Assembly: GCF_046119375.1 (NCBI RefSeq) | Contig: NW_027362768.1 | Span: 9,052,001 to 9,116,000 of the forward strand | Reading direction: 5' to 3' | Source: Phyllobates terribilis | Lineage: Eukaryota | Length of the DNA: 64,000 bases | Shown here: one piece after another, positions 61,168 to 64,000 of the stretch | Numbering within the stretch: the first letter of the stretch is position 1 | How the letters are laid out: the number at the start of each line of letters is the position of its first letter | Translations under genes and position numbers: made by a program | Notes under the pieces: model-generated | The model's input: the letters and a program-made list of their open reading frames with translations, nothing else | What the model was told of the DNA's origin: nothing | The model's database searches: none

Positions 61168-61457
61168 TAGTGATGAGCGAAAGTGCTCAGATAAGGTGTC
61201 ATCCGAGCATGCTCGGGTGCTTACTGAGTATCCTCGGCGTGCTCTTACAATATGTTCGAGTCGCCGCAGCTATTAGACAGCCGCGACACATGCTGGCCAC
61301 GGACACATGCACTAACAAACAGGCAATCCCTGCATGTATCGCGCCTGTCTAACAGCTGCGGCGACTCGAACATATTGTAGGAGGACGCCGAAGATACACG
61401 GTAAGCACCTGAGCATGCTTGGATAAACCCTCATCCGAGCACATTCACTCATCACTA
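61168..61457. mobile_element. 290-bp palindromic hAT MITE
   Basis: TAGTGATGAGCG / CACTCATCACTA termini; exact 8-bp TSD ATCTCTAT at 61160-67 and 61458-65. Confidence 0.92.
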
Positions 61458-62610
61458 ATCTCTATGGCTTCAGGTTCAGAAGCTGTAAAGGTTTTATAGT
61501 TTTACATGCCATCCATTCAAATAAATTGATGATTCACCAATTCATGGGCAGAATATGTCAGCCAGAGCGGGAGCTTCTCTTTGTTGATGGCTACCACTTT
61601 AGTTAATAGTTAGGAATCACAATCCTTCTATGACCTCCATATTGAAATGGATTGACTTCTTGGGACAACCCCGAGATTGCAGTTGGAAAATGCTTGCTGG
61701 ATTCTGAATATGGCAAAGAGTGGTAAGACAAATTATATATGTATTATAAAATACTTCAATTAGAAAATCATTTTAACTAGTGTAACTAAACTTTACATTT
61801 TTTATATGTTGTAGCCTCTAAGTGTCCTGTAGCTCAGCAGAGGTCTCAGGTCTCTCCTCAAAAGAGGCTTTCAGCTCAGGAGGCAGAAGCACTGAACTCC
61901 TGCATGACTAGGGGCTCAATAAGAAGTCTGTGGGTTTCTATGGCCATGGAGGAGTTCAGCAGGAGGCGCTGGGAACTTCTTCACAGCCTAGAAAATCTTA
62001 AAAGTTTTAAATGTTTAGCTAAAATTTAAGTGAACTAAATTTTTGTTTGCACAAAAATAAAAACATGTACCGCCACTCTTATTCTAAAGTTCAACTCATA
62101 AGAGTGAATTTATCATAAAACAGAATTTTTTAAGTTTTCTTTGTGATTATGTTGCAGTATTTGACATATTTGCACCAAATTTGTCAAACTGTTTGGTGAT
62201 GTTTGATAAATTTGGCATATCTTTAGATGAAAGAATTCTGTCTACAGTTCATTTACTACTTTTTGCACCATTTTCCTACTAGAGTGAATTTACTTCTTTT
62301 TGTGCAACTTTAAAAAAAGCAAAACTAAAGACATGAGCCTGAGCAGAAATTGTTATTTGTGCAATATGTAAAAGCATAGTCACACTGTGGTCATTTCATA
62401 GACAAAACCCAAGAGAAAAACAAAATGAGCAAATACCATTGCAACAAGGTATACCCAGTCAGCACAGACCTGTTTTTTATGCTTTTTGATCAAAATTGTG
62501 TTAACCAAGTACCCTATATTATTTACATGTACTATGACTATTTATTTACTTACTGTAGGGTATATACTCATTTTATGCTTTAGTTCTGTCTGTGAAATGG
62601 CCGCAGTGTG

Positions 62611-63908
62611 TGTAGCGCCCCGAGGGTTCGGTTTCTACAGGGGTATTGCACCTCAACCAAAGGTGTGATATTTCACTCCCAGGTAAGGATGGAGTATGGA
62701 CCAGGGCTCAGTTAGCTGCATACACACACACCCCATTTCCAGGGGACAGCTCTACGGTGCTCCCATTTATATATATGCAGGCACATCTGACCATGTCCCT
62801 GGCTGGAGTGGAGAGGGGGGAGAGAACCCAGTGATGTAGGAGCAGGAGGGGACGGTTTCTGGAGCATAGGAAGGAGCTCATTGGTTGCAGGTCACCTGAG
62901 CTCAGACACAGTGAAGCAGATAAAAGGTGGGGGCCATCTTAGGAGAGGAGTGAGTTGAGAGAAGAGAAGAGAAGTTCAGTGGAGAAGTGACAGGGAGCAG
63001 AGGCTCTGTAGGAGCTCTGCTCAGAGGCAGGCCTAGAGAAAAGGCTGGGGCCAGAGAGGAGGAAGGAAGGAGAAGTAGGGCTAGAGAAGAGGCCGAGGGA
63101 AGGAGGAGAAGAAGGAACAGGAAAGAAGGAGAAGAGACAGAGAAGTAGAAAGGCTCAGAAACAAAAAGGCAGAAGGGACCCTAAGAACCCACGAGGTAAA
63201 GGGTCAGGCAGAATAAGGGTACCGGATTCCCAAGTTGGTGGAGGTAAATTATCCCTCAGCCAAAGACTGGAGGTCGTGATCATCGATTGGTGCGACCCCC
63301 TGCCAAACCTGCTAGGAAGGCACCATACAGGATAGCGGGAAATGGGGCCCACGTTTGCAAGCATAGATCCGCAGCAGCTGGACAGAAGTTTGGTCACTGG
63401 TGGGGCATGAGCCAGAGAAAGGATAGAAGGGAGTCCTGTGCCATACTCCTGAATTGCCTGGGGGTTGACCGAGCCCTTCACCTGGTGGACGCAGCACGGC
63501 TTGGGCAGTCATTACCGGCGGAAGTGACTTGAATATCAACTGTGAGTAAAAGACCCTGGACTGCAACACGTTGTCTCTGTGTTTCTTACCGCGCCAGCAC
63601 TAACTGTACTTGGGACGCCCTGCACCACAACCCCCACCATCTACGCTCACTGCCCTGAGGCTACACTCCTCCCGTGGGGAGTTATACTATTCTCTGCTGC
63701 ACCCACAACACCAGCCTCAGCGGTCTGCCGTGCAGCGGCGGTTCACTCTGACCACAATCCACGGGTGTAGTACATTCAAAACCTACAAATACACTGCCAC
63801 AATTTGGTCTGACCACCTTGAGCCACGGGACTGGGTCGCCACAACTACTACCCCCAGCATCGTACAGAAGCCCGGTTCCGGGTACCCCACGGCCCAGTGG
63901 GCGAGTCA
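62611..63908 (+). mobile_element. Solo LTR (Gypsy-like by 4-bp TSD)
   Basis: TGTAGCGCCC...GCGAGTCA; TSD TGTG at 62607-10 and 63909-12; AGTAAA at ~63545; same family as 46552-47765. Confidence 0.85.
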
Positions 63909-64000
63909 TGTGAACATGCTTTTACCCTAGAACGCATACCTGGGGCCACGCAGGCCCGGCCTGTTAATTGTTTTCTATTTTCTGCAAGATTACTTTAGTT

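Overview
Eukaryotic, almost entirely transposon-derived DNA. The repeat inventory (T2-type MITE, Tc1, L2, Penelope-type insertions) is most consistent with an anuran genome (inference). No host-gene exon could be supported. The window is dominated by two large, related hAT elements lying head-to-head 579 bp apart, each bounded by its own exact 8-bp TSD: 13984-23123 (ATCGCGGA) and 23703-48802 (ATCATAAC). Both carry the same 3'-arm cargo, an L1 reverse-transcriptase fragment plus a decayed ~270-bp piece of 18S rRNA. Both also carry a ~110-bp tandem repeat upstream of the transposase: about 11-12 copies in one, and about 117 copies (13 kb, with 24-26-mer higher-order structure) in the other. The second copy keeps a 1220-codon transposase frame broken by only two stops. 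Other contents: an intact L2 LINE ORF2 (1058 aa) with a 2A-like StopGo motif, a truncated sister L2, two TSD-bounded fold-back (Penelope-type) insertions, one with a hammerhead-ribozyme motif, five Tc1-superfamily elements (two with DD37E spacing), two related solo LTRs and several MITEs.
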